A stretch of 64,000 bases of DNA from Vulcanimicrobiota bacterium (GCA_963733295.1 CAVTCS010000003.1:1120001-1184000), one strand, 5' to 3'; positions 36,872-47,825 are shown, counted from the first letter of the stretch. Translations and numbers: made by a program. Notes: a model not told the origin generated them from the letters alone.

Positions 36872-38022
36872 CTTTCGAGGGGTACCATCGCCCAAACGGA
36901 ACGGTCGGCGTGCGTAACCACGTGCTGATCCTTCCCTCGGTCATGTGCGCGAACCACGTCATCGACCGAATCGGCCGCGCGGTCACCGAGGTCATCACCG
37001 TGCAGCACCCGACGGGGTGTTCGCAAATCGGCGTCGATTTCGAGCAGACGAAGCGGACGATGGCCGGCTTCGCATCGAATCCGAACGTCGCGGCGGTACT
37101 GGTCGTCGGCTTGGGTTGCGAAACCAACGAGAGCAAGGCGTTGGCTCAAGAGATCGCAGCGCGGGGTCAGCGCGTAGAAGTCATCGGCATTCAGGAGAGC
37201 GATGGTACGAGCAACACGATCGCGCGCGGCATCGAAATCTCGCGCGAGCTGCTGCGCGAAGCGGAAAAGCACGAGCGGCACGCGGCCGGTTTCGAGCACC
37301 TGATTCTCGGCACCGAGTGCGGCGGCAGCGACACGTTCTCGGGAATCACCGCGAACCCGGCGCTTGGCCACGCCAGCGACCGCGTCGTTGCCGAAGGCGG
37401 GACGGTCATCCTCGCCGAGCTACCGGAGCTGGTAGGCGCCGAACATTTGCTGGCGGAACGCGCGAGTCCGCAAGTCAGCGCGCAGCTGTACGAGTTGATC
37501 GCGCGAGTCGAAGCCCGGGCGGCTGCGATGCACGTCGACATCCGTTACGGGAATCCAACGCAGGGCAACATTGCCGGCGGCCTTTCGACGCTCGAGGAGA
37601 AATCGCTGGGCTGCATCCACAAAGGCGGCTCGACCGAGCTGCGCCAAGTTGTCGAATACGCGGTGCGTCCGAGCGAACGCGGTCTCGTCGTGATGGATAC
37701 GCCGGGTCAAGATATCGAGCAGTTGACGGGAATGGTCGCCGGCGGCGCGCAGGTGGTGGTCTTTACGACGGGCCGCGGAACGCCGACCGGATCGCCGATC
37801 GCGCCGGTCATCAAGGTCGCGACGAATTCCGCGATCTTCGGTCGCATGCGCGAGAACCTGGATATCAACGCGGGCACGATCGTCGACGGCGCGCGTTCGC
37901 TCGAATCGGTCGGTGACGAGATCTTCGATTGGATCGTCGCGGCCGCGAACGGCCGCAAGCCGGCCGCCGAAGAACTCGAGTTTCGCGATTTCGCAATCAA
38001 CCGGATCGGGCCGTCTTTCTAG
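36868..38022 (+). CDS. UxaA-family dehydratase large subunit
   Basis: G-x-VGVRNH, HPTGC, GLGCE, ECGGSD-x-FSG-x-TANP, GNIAGGLSTLEEKSLG, FTTGRG. Confidence 0.9.
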   Translation: MTFEGYHRPNGTVGVRNHVLILPSVMCANHVIDRIGRAVTEVITVQHPTGCSQIGVDFEQTKRTMAGFASNPNVAAVLVVGLGCETNESKALAQEIAARGQRVEVIGIQESDGTSNTIARGIEISRELLREAEKHERHAAGFEHLILGTECGGSDTFSGITANPALGHASDRVVAEGGTVILAELPELVGAEHLLAERASPQVSAQLYELIARVEARAAAMHVDIRYGNPTQGNIAGGLSTLEEKSLGCIHKGGSTELRQVVEYAVRPSERGLVVMDTPGQDIEQLTGMVAGGAQVVVFTTGRGTPTGSPIAPVIKVATNSAIFGRMRENLDINAGTIVDGARSLESVGDEIFDWIVAAANGRKPAAEELEFRDFAINRIGPSF

Positions 38023-38175
38023 CGCCGAGCGGGCAAGCGGGCGAGTCTCTCGGCGTTCCACATGAGCCGCGGCGTCACTCTCGCTGCGCGCCGTGGCTGT
38101 GACCTCACGCCGTCCCCCAGCCTCGAATGGACCTCGCGCCCGGACGATAAAGTAGATGTCGAACGGGATGAGCTA

Positions 38176-38907
38176 ATGGCCTCAGTCGTGATTGCCGGAG
38201 CCCCGGCGCGAGATCGTCTCCTTTCGGGTCTGTTCGCGGAGGGCGTTCGCCTGATGCGCGAGCGCTGGCCCGTGTATGCATTTTTCGCGGTCGTGTGTGC
38301 CGTCGCGGCAGCTCTGCCGGTTCGCGGCGATCCGGTGAACCTGCTGAACTACCCGGTCTTCCGGGTTTGGTTCGGATGCGCGGTGCTGGCCATCTTTTTC
38401 ATCCTCCCGACGGCGATCCGCCGCTTGCGTCCCGATTTCCGGATGACCGTGCAGCGGGGTCTGCTGACCGCGCTCGTTCTCGTCTCGATCAGCTTCGTCA
38501 CCGACCTCGGCATCATGGCGGCGGTCATCCCGGGACTCATCGTGGGCGTGCTGCTTTCGCAAGGGCTCGTCGTCGCGCTGATCCAGAGCAGCGAGAAGCC
38601 GAGCGTCGGCGGGGTCATTTCGAGCATCAAGCGCGCCTTCGGCGCTTCGTTCGCACTCACGCGCGGGCATTTTGCGACGACCCTCGGGGTCGTGACGCTC
38701 TCGCTCGCCATCTTGATCGTCCCGATCTTTCTCGAACTCATCGCGATGATCGTGTTTTACGTGCGCTTGCCGCAGTCGTTATATGCGGTGGCCCCGCTGC
38801 TCTACCTCAGCTTCATCTATCTCGAGTGCGTGCGCTATACGCTGATCGTGCGATGGTTCCGGCGTTTGCAGGTCGAACCAAACGCTGGTGTTCCGTTCCT
38901 CTCGTGA
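38176..38907 (+). CDS. Hypothetical multi-pass membrane protein
   Basis: About six hydrophobic segments; no recognised motif. Confidence 0.6.
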   Translation: MASVVIAGAPARDRLLSGLFAEGVRLMRERWPVYAFFAVVCAVAAALPVRGDPVNLLNYPVFRVWFGCAVLAIFFILPTAIRRLRPDFRMTVQRGLLTALVLVSISFVTDLGIMAAVIPGLIVGVLLSQGLVVALIQSSEKPSVGGVISSIKRAFGASFALTRGHFATTLGVVTLSLAILIVPIFLELIAMIVFYVRLPQSLYAVAPLLYLSFIYLECVRYTLIVRWFRRLQVEPNAGVPFLS

Positions 38908-38964
38908 TTTAAGACTCGGTCCGCGCACCTCGGCGGCGGCCGGGCATCACCCGGAATCGCGCGC

Positions 38965-40647
38965 ATGAGCTACGACATGAAAGCCCGCAGCGCGACGATC
39001 ACGAATGGCCGCGACCGGGCCGGCGCGCGGGCGATGTACAAGGCCGTCGGATTTAGCGACGAGGACCTGGCCAAGCCGATCGTCGGCATCGCGAACACCT
39101 GGATCGAAACGATGCCGTGCAACCTGAACTTACGCGAACTTGCCCATCACGTGAAGCGCGGCGTACGCGAGGCGGGCGGAACGCCGATGGAGTTCAACAC
39201 GATTGCCATCAGCGACGGTGTCACCATGGGCACCGAAGGTATGAAGGCGTCGCTCGTCAGCCGCGAAGTGATCGCCGACTCGATCGAGTTAGTCGGACGC
39301 GGGCACATGTTCGACGCGATCGTGGCGCTCGTGGCCTGCGACAAAACGATCCCCGGCGCGGCAATGGCGCTCATCCGGCTCAACGTGCCCTCGCTGCTGC
39401 TGTACGGCGGTTCGATCGCGCCGGGCCGCCACAACGGTCGCGACATCACCATCGTCGACGTTTACGAAGCGATCGGTGCTCACGCAGCGGGCAAGATCGA
39501 CGACGCCGAACTCAAAGCGATCGAGGACCACGCTTGCCCGGGCGCGGGTGCGTGCGGCGGACAGTTTACCGCCAACACGATGGCCACGGTGATGGAATTC
39601 ATCGGGCTCTCGCCCGTTGGGAGCGCCTCGCCCGGCGCGACCGATCCGCGCAAGGAGCGAAAAGCGTACGAAGCCGGGGTGCTCGTGATGGACGTCTTGC
39701 GGCGCGGGTTGCGTCCGCGCGATCTGCTTACGCGCGAAGCCTTTGAGAACGCGATCGCGGCGGCCGCGGGAACCGGCGGCTCGACCAATTCCGTCTTGCA
39801 TTTGCTCGCGCTGGCACGCGAGGCCGGCGTACCGCTCGAGATCGACGACTTCGACCGGGTCAGCCGGCGCACGCCGATCCTAGCGGATCTGAAACCTGGT
39901 GGGAAGTACGTCGCACTCGACGTCGATCGGGCGGGCGGCATCGAACTGATCGTCAAGCGGATGGTCGAGGGCGAGCTGATTCGAGGCGACCAGCTAACGG
40001 TCACGGGCCGTACGCTCGCGCAAGAGTCGGCGACTGCGGTCGAAACGCCGGGACAGGCGGTCGTTACGACCGTCGAGCGCCCGTTTAAAACGACGGGGGG
40101 TCTCGTAATTCTCCGCGGCGACCTCGCTCCCGACGGTGCCGTCGTGAAGATCGCCGGGCACGAACGCGAGTATCACCGGGGACCCGCGCGAATCTACGAC
40201 CGCGAGGAAGCGGCGATGTCGGCCATTGAGGCGGGCGCGGTACGCGCCGGCGACGTCGTCGTCATCCGCTACGAAGGACCCAAAGGCGGTCCGGGAATGC
40301 GCGAGATGCTTTCGATCACCGGCGCGCTCGTCGGTGCGGGGTTGGGAGAGACGGTGGCGCTGGTTACCGACGGACGTTTCTCGGGCGGGACCCACGGTCT
40401 CATGGTCGGCCACGTCGCTCCCGAAGCGGCGACCGGCGGACCTCTTGCGGCCTTGCGCGACGGCGATATCGTCATCGTCGATATCGCGGGACGGCGGCTC
40501 GATACGGAAGTGCCGGCGGCCGAACTGACGCAGCGTCTCGCCGGCTGGAAACCGCGCCCACCCAACTACGCGAGCGGCGTCTTCGCGAAGTATGTAAGTC
40601 TGGTTTCGTCCGCGTCGGACGGCGCGATCACGCGCCCGCTGCCGTAG
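38965..40647 (+). CDS. ilvD: Dihydroxy-acid dehydratase
   Basis: [56 protein letters not shown]. Confidence 0.96.
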   Translation: MSYDMKARSATITNGRDRAGARAMYKAVGFSDEDLAKPIVGIANTWIETMPCNLNLRELAHHVKRGVREAGGTPMEFNTIAISDGVTMGTEGMKASLVSREVIADSIELVGRGHMFDAIVALVACDKTIPGAAMALIRLNVPSLLLYGGSIAPGRHNGRDITIVDVYEAIGAHAAGKIDDAELKAIEDHACPGAGACGGQFTANTMATVMEFIGLSPVGSASPGATDPRKERKAYEAGVLVMDVLRRGLRPRDLLTREAFENAIAAAAGTGGSTNSVLHLLALAREAGVPLEIDDFDRVSRRTPILADLKPGGKYVALDVDRAGGIELIVKRMVEGELIRGDQLTVTGRTLAQESATAVETPGQAVVTTVERPFKTTGGLVILRGDLAPDGAVVKIAGHEREYHRGPARIYDREEAAMSAIEAGAVRAGDVVVIRYEGPKGGPGMREMLSITGALVGAGLGETVALVTDGRFSGGTHGLMVGHVAPEAATGGPLAALRDGDIVIVDIAGRRLDTEVPAAELTQRLAGWKPRPPNYASGVFAKYVSLVSSASDGAITRPLP

Positions 40648-40655
40648 AGGGTCGC

Positions 40656-41915
40656 ATGATGCTTCTCGCCTGCAGCGAGTGTCGCGCTGCGGCCCCTGCC
40701 GGTTCGACTTTTTGCGCAGTCTGCGGGGGCCTCTTGGAGTTCACGCTCAAGCGCGCGCCCGCACCGGCGCCGACGTTATTGCGCCGTTTCACCTTGCGGC
40801 GGACCTCGCAGCATCCGCTCGATCGCAGTGGGGTCTGGCGCTTTCGGGATTTACTGCCGCCCTTGGCCGGTGAGGCAGTGACGCTGCAAGAGAACGTCGT
40901 TCCGGTGCTCGCTGCAAGCGCAGGCGCCAAGTACGCCGACGCCACGCGCGTCGCGTACCTGCATCTCGGCAGCAATCCGACCGGTTCTTTCAAGGACGCC
41001 GGTATGACCGTGGCGATATCGCAGGCGAAGGCGCACGGCGCGCGGCTCGCTGTCTGCGCCAGTACCGGAAACACCGCTGCTTCGATGGCGGCCTACGCTG
41101 CGCGTGCCGGGATGAACGCGCTGGTGCTCGTGCCGAGCGGCGGAGTCAGCGAAGCGAAGCTCGCGCAGACGCTCGACTACGGTGCGAAGGTCGTCACGCT
41201 GGCCGGCGACTTCGATCGCGCCTTGGAGTTCGTGCGGACGCTCGATCCGGCGCGGTTTGCGCTGCTGAACAGTGTCAACCCCTATCGCATCGAGGGCCAA
41301 AAGTGTGCCGCCTTTGCGTTGCTCGAAGCGCGGGATTGGGTCGCTCCGGAGTGGCTCGTGCTGCCGGGCGGTAACCTCGGCAATACGAGCGCCTTCGGCA
41401 AAGGCTTTCGCGAAGCGCTCGCGCTCGATTTGATCGGGCGGATTCCACGCATTGCAGTCGTGCAAGCGGCAGGTGCCGCACCCTTCGCGCATCTCTGGCA
41501 GAACGGCGGCGAACTGCGTCCCGTCAAAGCGCATACCTCGGCGACCGCGATCAACATCGGCGCACCCGCATCCTGGAAAAAAGCGCTCGCCGAGGTTCGC
41601 GAGTCCCAGGGAACGGTGCTCGCGGTTTCCGACGATGAGATCGCCGACGCGCGCGCGATCGTGGGCCGTGACGGCGTCGGGTGCGAGCCGGCATCGGCCG
41701 CGTCGCTTGCCGGACTCCGTAAACTGCGCGAACTCGGAATCGTCGGATGCGACGACGACACCGTGCTGGTGTTGACCGGCAACGTTCTCAAAGATACCGA
41801 CTATGCGACCGAGTACCATACGTCCGGCTCGCCTTACGCGAATCGGGTAACGCACGCGGAGTCCGATGCGGCTTTGCACGAGTTCATCGACGGTTTGAGC
41901 GAAATCCGTGTCTGA
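40656..41915 (+). CDS. thrC: Threonine synthase with N-terminal zinc ribbon
   Basis: NPTGSFKD (PLP Lys), ASTGNT, NSVNPYRIEGQK, PGGNLGN, EPASA. Confidence 0.92.
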   Translation: MMLLACSECRAAAPAGSTFCAVCGGLLEFTLKRAPAPAPTLLRRFTLRRTSQHPLDRSGVWRFRDLLPPLAGEAVTLQENVVPVLAASAGAKYADATRVAYLHLGSNPTGSFKDAGMTVAISQAKAHGARLAVCASTGNTAASMAAYAARAGMNALVLVPSGGVSEAKLAQTLDYGAKVVTLAGDFDRALEFVRTLDPARFALLNSVNPYRIEGQKCAAFALLEARDWVAPEWLVLPGGNLGNTSAFGKGFREALALDLIGRIPRIAVVQAAGAAPFAHLWQNGGELRPVKAHTSATAINIGAPASWKKALAEVRESQGTVLAVSDDEIADARAIVGRDGVGCEPASAASLAGLRKLRELGIVGCDDDTVLVLTGNVLKDTDYATEYHTSGSPYANRVTHAESDAALHEFIDGLSEIRV

Positions 41916-42858
41916 CGCTCGCGCGGACGCCTTCAGCGTCGCGGTCCCTGCGTCGAGTGCGAACCTCGGTCCGGGTTTCGACGCGATCGGTTTGGCACTC
42001 GATCTCTGGGTCCGCGCGACGGTGCAACCTTCGCTCGGATTTTCGATCGCCTTCAAGGCGGGCCGCTACGTGCCGACCAACGCCGGTTTCGAAAACGAGA
42101 TCCTGCGCGGCTTCGATCGCGTCATGCACGGAGCGCGCCCGAACGTCTCGCTGACGATCGCGAACGACATCCCCCTCGGGAAAGGACTCGGCGCCAGCGC
42201 CGCGGGAGCGGTGCTCGGCCTGACGGTCGCCGCCGAGTTGAGCGCTGCGCGGCCCACGAAAGCGCAGCTGGCCCGCGACGCCTGCGAACTCGAAGGTCAT
42301 CCGGACAACGCGCTGCCGGCGCTGCTCGGCGGGATCATCGTCGCGGCGATGCCGGAGAATGCGGACCCCGTGTTCCTGCGCTTCGAGGCGCCACCGGGTC
42401 TCGAGGTCGTGGCAGTCGTTCCGCACATCGTGCTTCCGACGGCCGCCGCGCGAGCGCTCTTGCCGGCGCACTACGAGCGCGCCGACGTCGTCTTCAACCT
42501 GCAACGCGCGGCGCTGCTGGCGGGCGCGCTGGCGAGCGGCAGGCTCGAAGGCCTTCGGACCGCCACCGGAGACCGTGTTCACCAACCGTACAGGGCCCCG
42601 CTCGTTCCGGGCTTTGCCGAGATGCTCGGATTCGAGCTGCCCGGGCTGCTCGCGCTCGCCCTCTCGGGAGCGGGGCCGGGCGTCATCGCGTTCGTCGACG
42701 GCGAAGCGGATGCGATCGGCAGCGCGCTGCGCGAGGCGTTCGCGCGCGAGGGAATCGAGAGCGACGTTTTCCGTTTGGGTATCTCAACGCGCGGTGCCAC
42801 CGTTGAGAGGCTGAGCCCGGACGAGCGATCGACACCGCCGCAGGCGCGAAGCCGATAA
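41908..42858 (+). CDS. thrB: Homoserine kinase
   Basis: PASSANLGPGFD, IPLGKGLGASAA, EGHPDN, D-x2-HQPYR, SGAGP. Confidence 0.95.
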   Translation: MSDARADAFSVAVPASSANLGPGFDAIGLALDLWVRATVQPSLGFSIAFKAGRYVPTNAGFENEILRGFDRVMHGARPNVSLTIANDIPLGKGLGASAAGAVLGLTVAAELSAARPTKAQLARDACELEGHPDNALPALLGGIIVAAMPENADPVFLRFEAPPGLEVVAVVPHIVLPTAAARALLPAHYERADVVFNLQRAALLAGALASGRLEGLRTATGDRVHQPYRAPLVPGFAEMLGFELPGLLALALSGAGPGVIAFVDGEADAIGSALREAFAREGIESDVFRLGISTRGATVERLSPDERSTPPQARSR

Positions 42859-42892
42859 GGGAAGGGCGTATTTGGCGGTTAACGGAGTCTAG

Positions 42893-43813
42893 ATGAGAAA
42901 GAAAGTGACTATCGTCGGTGCCGGCAACGTCGGCGCGACGGCCGCCCACTGGTTGGCAGCGAAGGAATTGGCCGATATCGCCCTGGTCGACATCGTCGAG
43001 GGTGTGCCGCAAGGCAAGGCGCTCGATTTACGCCAAGCGCTCGCGGTGGAAGGCGTCGACGTCGACGTCGCCGGCTCCAACGAGTATGACGTAACGGCCA
43101 ATTCGGATATCGCCGTGATCACCGCCGGCTTTCCGCGCAAGCCGGGCATGAGCCGCGACGACCTGGTCAAGGCCAACGCCGAGATCGTCGGCAAGGCGAC
43201 CGAGGCGGTTGTCCGCAGCTCACCCAAATCGATCTTGATCGTCGTTACGAATCCCCTCGATGCAATGTGCGAGGTGGCTCGGCGGACCAGTGCGTTTCCC
43301 CGCGAGCGCGTGATCGGCATGGCCGGGGTGCTCGACTCGGCACGTTTTGCGACGTTCATTGCCGACGAATTGAAGGTCTCGGTCGACAACGTCACCGCCT
43401 TCGTGCTCGGCGGTCATGGCGACCAGATGGTTCCCCTTCCGCGCTACTCGACGGTTGCGGGCATCCCAATTACCGAGTTGATGGACGCGGCGACGATCGA
43501 CCGCCTCGTCAAGCGCACCGCCGGCGGCGGCGGCGAGATCGTCTCATTACTCAAGACGAGTGCCTTCTACGCCCCCGCGCGTTCGATAACCGAGATGGTG
43601 GACGCGATCTTGAACGACAAACACAAGATTCTTCCGTGCGCGGCATATCTGCAAGGAGAGTACGGACTTCGCGATCTGTTCGTCGGCGTTCCATGTAAGC
43701 TCGGCGCAGGCGGACTCGAGCAAGTCATCGAGGTCAAACTGACAAGCGAGGAACGCGCAGCGCTGACGCGGAGCGCCGAAGCGGTGAAGGAGCTGGTCGG
43801 CGCCCTCGGGTAG
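42893..43813 (+). CDS. mdh: Malate dehydrogenase (LDH-like)
   Basis: [34 protein letters not shown]. Confidence 0.95.
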   Translation: MRKKVTIVGAGNVGATAAHWLAAKELADIALVDIVEGVPQGKALDLRQALAVEGVDVDVAGSNEYDVTANSDIAVITAGFPRKPGMSRDDLVKANAEIVGKATEAVVRSSPKSILIVVTNPLDAMCEVARRTSAFPRERVIGMAGVLDSARFATFIADELKVSVDNVTAFVLGGHGDQMVPLPRYSTVAGIPITELMDAATIDRLVKRTAGGGGEIVSLLKTSAFYAPARSITEMVDAILNDKHKILPCAAYLQGEYGLRDLFVGVPCKLGAGGLEQVIEVKLTSEERAALTRSAEAVKELVGALG

Positions 43814-43830
43814 CCGGCGGACCGGCGCCG

Positions 43831-45021
43831 CTAGTTCTCGCTCGTCGCCGCCGGCAAGGGGTCCCACAGCGCGACGTCGCCGCTGCGACGCTCAATCGGT
43901 TCGTAGCTGACCCCGCGCCGGCCAACGTAGTTCCCGCGTGGACGAATCAGCTTGTTGTCGGCGTACTGTTCCAACACGTGGGCGCACCAGCCCGCGACCC
44001 GGCTCGCCGCGAAGATCGGCGTGAAGTATTCGGTTGGAAAGCCAAGCGTGTAGTAGACCGAAGCGCTGTACAGGTCGACGTTTGGGAAGAGATGCCGCTG
44101 CTCCCAGACCGCCTGCTCCATCCGCTCCGTCAGCTCGACCCACTTCGTCGTCCCCGCCCGAGCGCCGACGCTTTTAGCGATCGCTTTCAGTTCGGTCGCA
44201 CGCGGATCGTACGCTTTGTAGACGGCATGCCCGAAGCCCATGATCTTCTCATGGGCCGCGAACTTTTGGGCGACCCAGTCGTCGACGCGCGCGACATCGC
44301 CGATCTCGAGGAGATTCTTGATGACGCCCTCGTTGGCGCCGCCGTGCAGCGGTCCTTTGAGCGTTCCGACGGCGGAGGTTATCGCGCTGTACATATCCGA
44401 AAGGGTCGCGGCCGTCACGATCGCCGAGAAGGTCGAGGCGTTCATCCCATGGTCGGCGTGCAGGATCAAAGCGACGTCGAGCACGCGAGCAGCCTCGGGT
44501 GACGGCTCGGTCCCGAAAAACATGTACAAGAGGTTGGCGGCGGTGTCCAGGTCGGGGCGCGCAGGCACGGGCTCGAGACCTTGGGAGATGCGGTGATAGG
44601 CCGCCAGGATCGTCGGAAAGACCGCGGTCAAGTGCTTTGCGTGCTCGAGCGAGGCGGCGCGCGAGTGGTCCGTAGCGCTCGGATCGAAGAGACCGAGTGC
44701 TGAGACCGCGGTGCGCAATACATCCATGGGAACCGAGTTCGGTCGCAGATCTCGCAAGACACGCAGCAGCTCGCCGGGAAGGCCTCGTCGCTCCGCCAAT
44801 TGGCGGCGCAAATCATCAAGGTGTTCGCGCGAGGGTAACGCGCCGTACCACAGCAGGTAGCAGATCTCTTCGTAGGTCGATTGCTTTGCTAAGTCGTGGA
44901 TGTCGAGACCGAGGTAGATGAGTTTGCCTTCATCACCGTTGATCGACGAGAGCCGCGTATTGCCAACGACGGCGCCGCGCAAGCCCCCTTCGGCGGAAGC
45001 CGGTGTACCTTTTGTCTGCAT
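43831..45021 (-). CDS. gltA: Citrate synthase (short dimeric type)
   Basis: LHADH-x2-NASTF, GPLHGGAN, GFGH-x-VYK-x2-DPR, FPNVD, R-x2-GW-x-AH. Confidence 0.88.
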   Translation of the reverse strand: MQTKGTPASAEGGLRGAVVGNTRLSSINGDEGKLIYLGLDIHDLAKQSTYEEICYLLWYGALPSREHLDDLRRQLAERRGLPGELLRVLRDLRPNSVPMDVLRTAVSALGLFDPSATDHSRAASLEHAKHLTAVFPTILAAYHRISQGLEPVPARPDLDTAANLLYMFFGTEPSPEAARVLDVALILHADHGMNASTFSAIVTAATLSDMYSAITSAVGTLKGPLHGGANEGVIKNLLEIGDVARVDDWVAQKFAAHEKIMGFGHAVYKAYDPRATELKAIAKSVGARAGTTKWVELTERMEQAVWEQRHLFPNVDLYSASVYYTLGFPTEYFTPIFAASRVAGWCAHVLEQYADNKLIRPRGNYVGRRGVSYEPIERRSGDVALWDPLPAATSEN

Positions 45022-45157
45022 TGCGAGCGAACAATTCAGGCGGACGCAGCGAAGCCCTGCGGGCCGCCGGCGCCGGCCGGATCCACCATTTGGGTATCTC
45101 TAGCAAGGGTGCTACCGTCGCGGCCTGAACCTAGGCGACACCAGCCGGAGGACTTTC

Positions 45158-46252
45158 GTGTCTGACTCCGCCCTCGCATCGGAGTATCGTCTTGCCGCAA
45201 CGCCGCAACTCGAACGCTTCGCCGCCGAGGTTCTGACGAAAGTCGGCGTTGCCCCTGCGGACGCTACCGTCGTCGCGGAGGTGCTCGTCGCTGCCGACCT
45301 GCGCGGCGTCGAGTCGAACGGCGTCGCCCGGCTCGAGACCTACGTCAACCGCATCAAGAGCGGGAAACTCGACGCGAAGCCGACGGTGCAGGTCGTGAGC
45401 GAAACTCCGACCGCGCTTGTGCTCGATGCCGGCAACGGCCTCGGTCATCCCGCCGGCAAACGCGCGATGCTCGCGACAATCGACAAGGCGAAGACGAGCG
45501 GTGCAGCGTTCGCGACGGTTCGCAATTCGAACCACTACGGGATCGCCGGCTACTACGCGATGCTGGCCCTCGAACACGACATGATCGGCATCGCTTCCAC
45601 GAACACCGTGCGCTACGGAACCGCGACGTTGGGAAGCGACGTCATGCTCGGCACCAATCCGTTTGCATACGCGATTCCGGCCGGCAAAGAGCCGGCCTTC
45701 GTGCTGGACTTCGCGACGACGACGGTGCCGCGCGGGAAGCTCGAAATGCACCTCCGCGAGGAGAAACCTCTCAATCCGGGCTGGGCAATCGACGAAGAAG
45801 GCCATCCCACGCTCGATCCGGCTGCCGCGCTTAAAGGTGCACTCCTTCCCCTCGGCGGCTTCGGCAGCGATAACGGAGGCCACAAGGGTTATGGCCTCGG
45901 GTTGCTCGCCGACATCTTGTGCGGCGTCCTTTCCGGCGGAGCGTTCGGCAGCGATCTCCCGGTGCCGAGCAGCGGGCCGGAGCCGGGCAAAATCTCGCAT
46001 TTCTTCGGGGCATTCCGGATCGACGGCTTCCGCGACGTGGAGGCTTTCAAGCGGGACATGGACCGCGAGCTCCGTGCCTTCAAAGACTCTGAGAAAGCGC
46101 CAGGGCAAGAGCGGATCTACGTGGCTGGTGAGATCGAACACGAAAAGACCCTCTATAACCGGAAACATGGTGTGCCCATTCCCGTTAAACTTTGGAACGG
46201 TCTCGAGCGCCTCGCCGGAGAATTGGATATCGCATTCGCCCTCAATCGATGA
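45158..46252 (+). CDS. Ldh_2 (malate/L-lactate/sulfolactate dehydrogenase type 2) family oxidoreductase
   Basis: ADLRGVESNG, NSNHYG, GTNP, DFATT, LLPLGG, HKGYGL, GEIE. Confidence 0.88.
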   Translation: MSDSALASEYRLAATPQLERFAAEVLTKVGVAPADATVVAEVLVAADLRGVESNGVARLETYVNRIKSGKLDAKPTVQVVSETPTALVLDAGNGLGHPAGKRAMLATIDKAKTSGAAFATVRNSNHYGIAGYYAMLALEHDMIGIASTNTVRYGTATLGSDVMLGTNPFAYAIPAGKEPAFVLDFATTTVPRGKLEMHLREEKPLNPGWAIDEEGHPTLDPAAALKGALLPLGGFGSDNGGHKGYGLGLLADILCGVLSGGAFGSDLPVPSSGPEPGKISHFFGAFRIDGFRDVEAFKRDMDRELRAFKDSEKAPGQERIYVAGEIEHEKTLYNRKHGVPIPVKLWNGLERLAGELDIAFALNR

Positions 46253-46668
46253 TCCACGTCAACGTCAGCTCGCCGGCTGGGACGTACAGCGTCGGCAGTA
46301 CGCCCTTTTTTCGCTATGTCGTGCGGCTTTCGGATATCGGTCTTTCGATGCGCCCGGCCGATCAGGAGGCGCTCGACGTGTTGGCCGCGATTCCCAATGC
46401 CTATATCGACGAAGACGAGCTCTCCGGTAACGGCTGGCGCGTTGTCCCGGCCGCGACCGGCGCCGACTGGCCCGTCCTCGAGGCGACGCCGCAGCGGCTC
46501 CGCGGCGCACTGCAGACGGCACGCCGCCTGCTCTGGGAAAACGCCGCCCCGGTCGGCATCACCGCGACCGAGATCGTCGGAATAGAAGAAGAGATGGAGC
46601 ACGTTCTGGCCGTGCTCGACCGCGCCGAAGCCGGCGGCTTCAGCGTCAACGTCACGTACGTTACTTAA
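46249..46668 (+). CDS. Hypothetical protein
   Basis: ATGA overlap with the Ldh_2 stop; plausible acidic globular protein. Confidence 0.6.
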   Translation: MIHVNVSSPAGTYSVGSTPFFRYVVRLSDIGLSMRPADQEALDVLAAIPNAYIDEDELSGNGWRVVPAATGADWPVLEATPQRLRGALQTARRLLWENAAPVGITATEIVGIEEEMEHVLAVLDRAEAGGFSVNVTYVT

Positions 46669-47825
46669 AAGCGGTCCATGCCGTCGTAAGACTCGGGTCG
46701 ATAGCGCAAGAGTAGGTTCATTTTCCGAATGACGTCGGCGCTGCGAAAGCGCGCGTCGTATGCGCGCACCGTCCGCCAGCCATCCGCGCATTCGCCCAGC
46801 CGGCAACGAGCTTCAAGGTAGGCTCCAAGCTCGACGAGCGTTATTTCGGGGCGTTGTTCGGCCGAGTATTGCCTTAACGGGGACACGGCCTCATGCAGCG
46901 CCGCCCTAGCCGCTGCATGAATCATCTCTGGATTCTCGAGCGAGGTGTTGACGAATTTTCCCTCTCGGATGGCGAGGGTGACGAGAGGCCCGACGCACCG
47001 GGCCGGATTTCCGCCAAGTAGATCCCCGTCCGCCGCCGTTGTAACCAGGACCATGCCGCCGTTGTCGGCTTGCTCCGGCTCTCCGTTTGCTTTGCATCCG
47101 AACGCCGTGTGCAGAAGGCGATAAACCCCGGCGGAGCGGTTGAACGTATAAGCCGAAAGCTCCCCGCAGCATCCGTTGCCACCAGTGTTCATGGAAATGA
47201 GCAGCACGGGCTCGCCCGATGCGTCGATCGGAACTAATCGCGCGAAGATAATGCCAACGCCACTTGCGGGCGGCGTAACGTTGTGGACGACTCCATCCCG
47301 AACGATCGTGACGTGAACATCGGCTGAATCTAAGGGTCCTTCTCTAAACTCGAATTCTTGTTCGTCGATGAAGGCCTTGACCTGTCCTCGCCTGAGGACG
47401 TATTGAGTGTGAGCCGCTGAAAATGACTTCCTTGAGGTTCCTGCAGGTTTCCGGTGCTGCGCGGCTGGGACGGAAAACAGAATGTTGCGCGAGTCAAGCT
47501 CACCGGATACCCAATAGGACACATCGACGGCGGTCGAGCCTCCGGTGTCTCGCGTGCACCAGAGGTCGACGTCGCGGGCGCCTGGTGGCAACGCGAGCGC
47601 CACGTGTTCATTTGAACCTCCGCTGATCCGAAGATCCGGAGCGCGCGCGATTTTGGCGCCGGCTCTGTATTCGATGAGTTGCGCCCGCGAGTTTCCGCAG
47701 CGAATGGTCGTCGTCACGATAACGGCTTCCAACGGCCACGCGGACGCGCGAGAACTGCCACCGATCAAACTACCAACCAGCCAAAATGCGGCGGCGGCAA
47801 AGGTTCCCACGCGAGCCCTACTCAC
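46665..47825 (-). CDS. Secreted Cys-rich hypothetical protein
   Basis: Signal peptide ending ASA-W; TGGNGCC motif; visibly more A/T-ending codons than neighbours. Confidence 0.6.
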   Translation of the reverse strand: MSRARVGTFAAAAFWLVGSLIGGSSRASAWPLEAVIVTTTIRCGNSRAQLIEYRAGAKIARAPDLRISGGSNEHVALALPPGARDVDLWCTRDTGGSTAVDVSYWVSGELDSRNILFSVPAAQHRKPAGTSRKSFSAAHTQYVLRRGQVKAFIDEQEFEFREGPLDSADVHVTIVRDGVVHNVTPPASGVGIIFARLVPIDASGEPVLLISMNTGGNGCCGELSAYTFNRSAGVYRLLHTAFGCKANGEPEQADNGGMVLVTTAADGDLLGGNPARCVGPLVTLAIREGKFVNTSLENPEMIHAAARAALHEAVSPLRQYSAEQRPEITLVELGAYLEARCRLGECADGWRTVRAYDARFRSADVIRKMNLLLRYRPESYDGMDRF

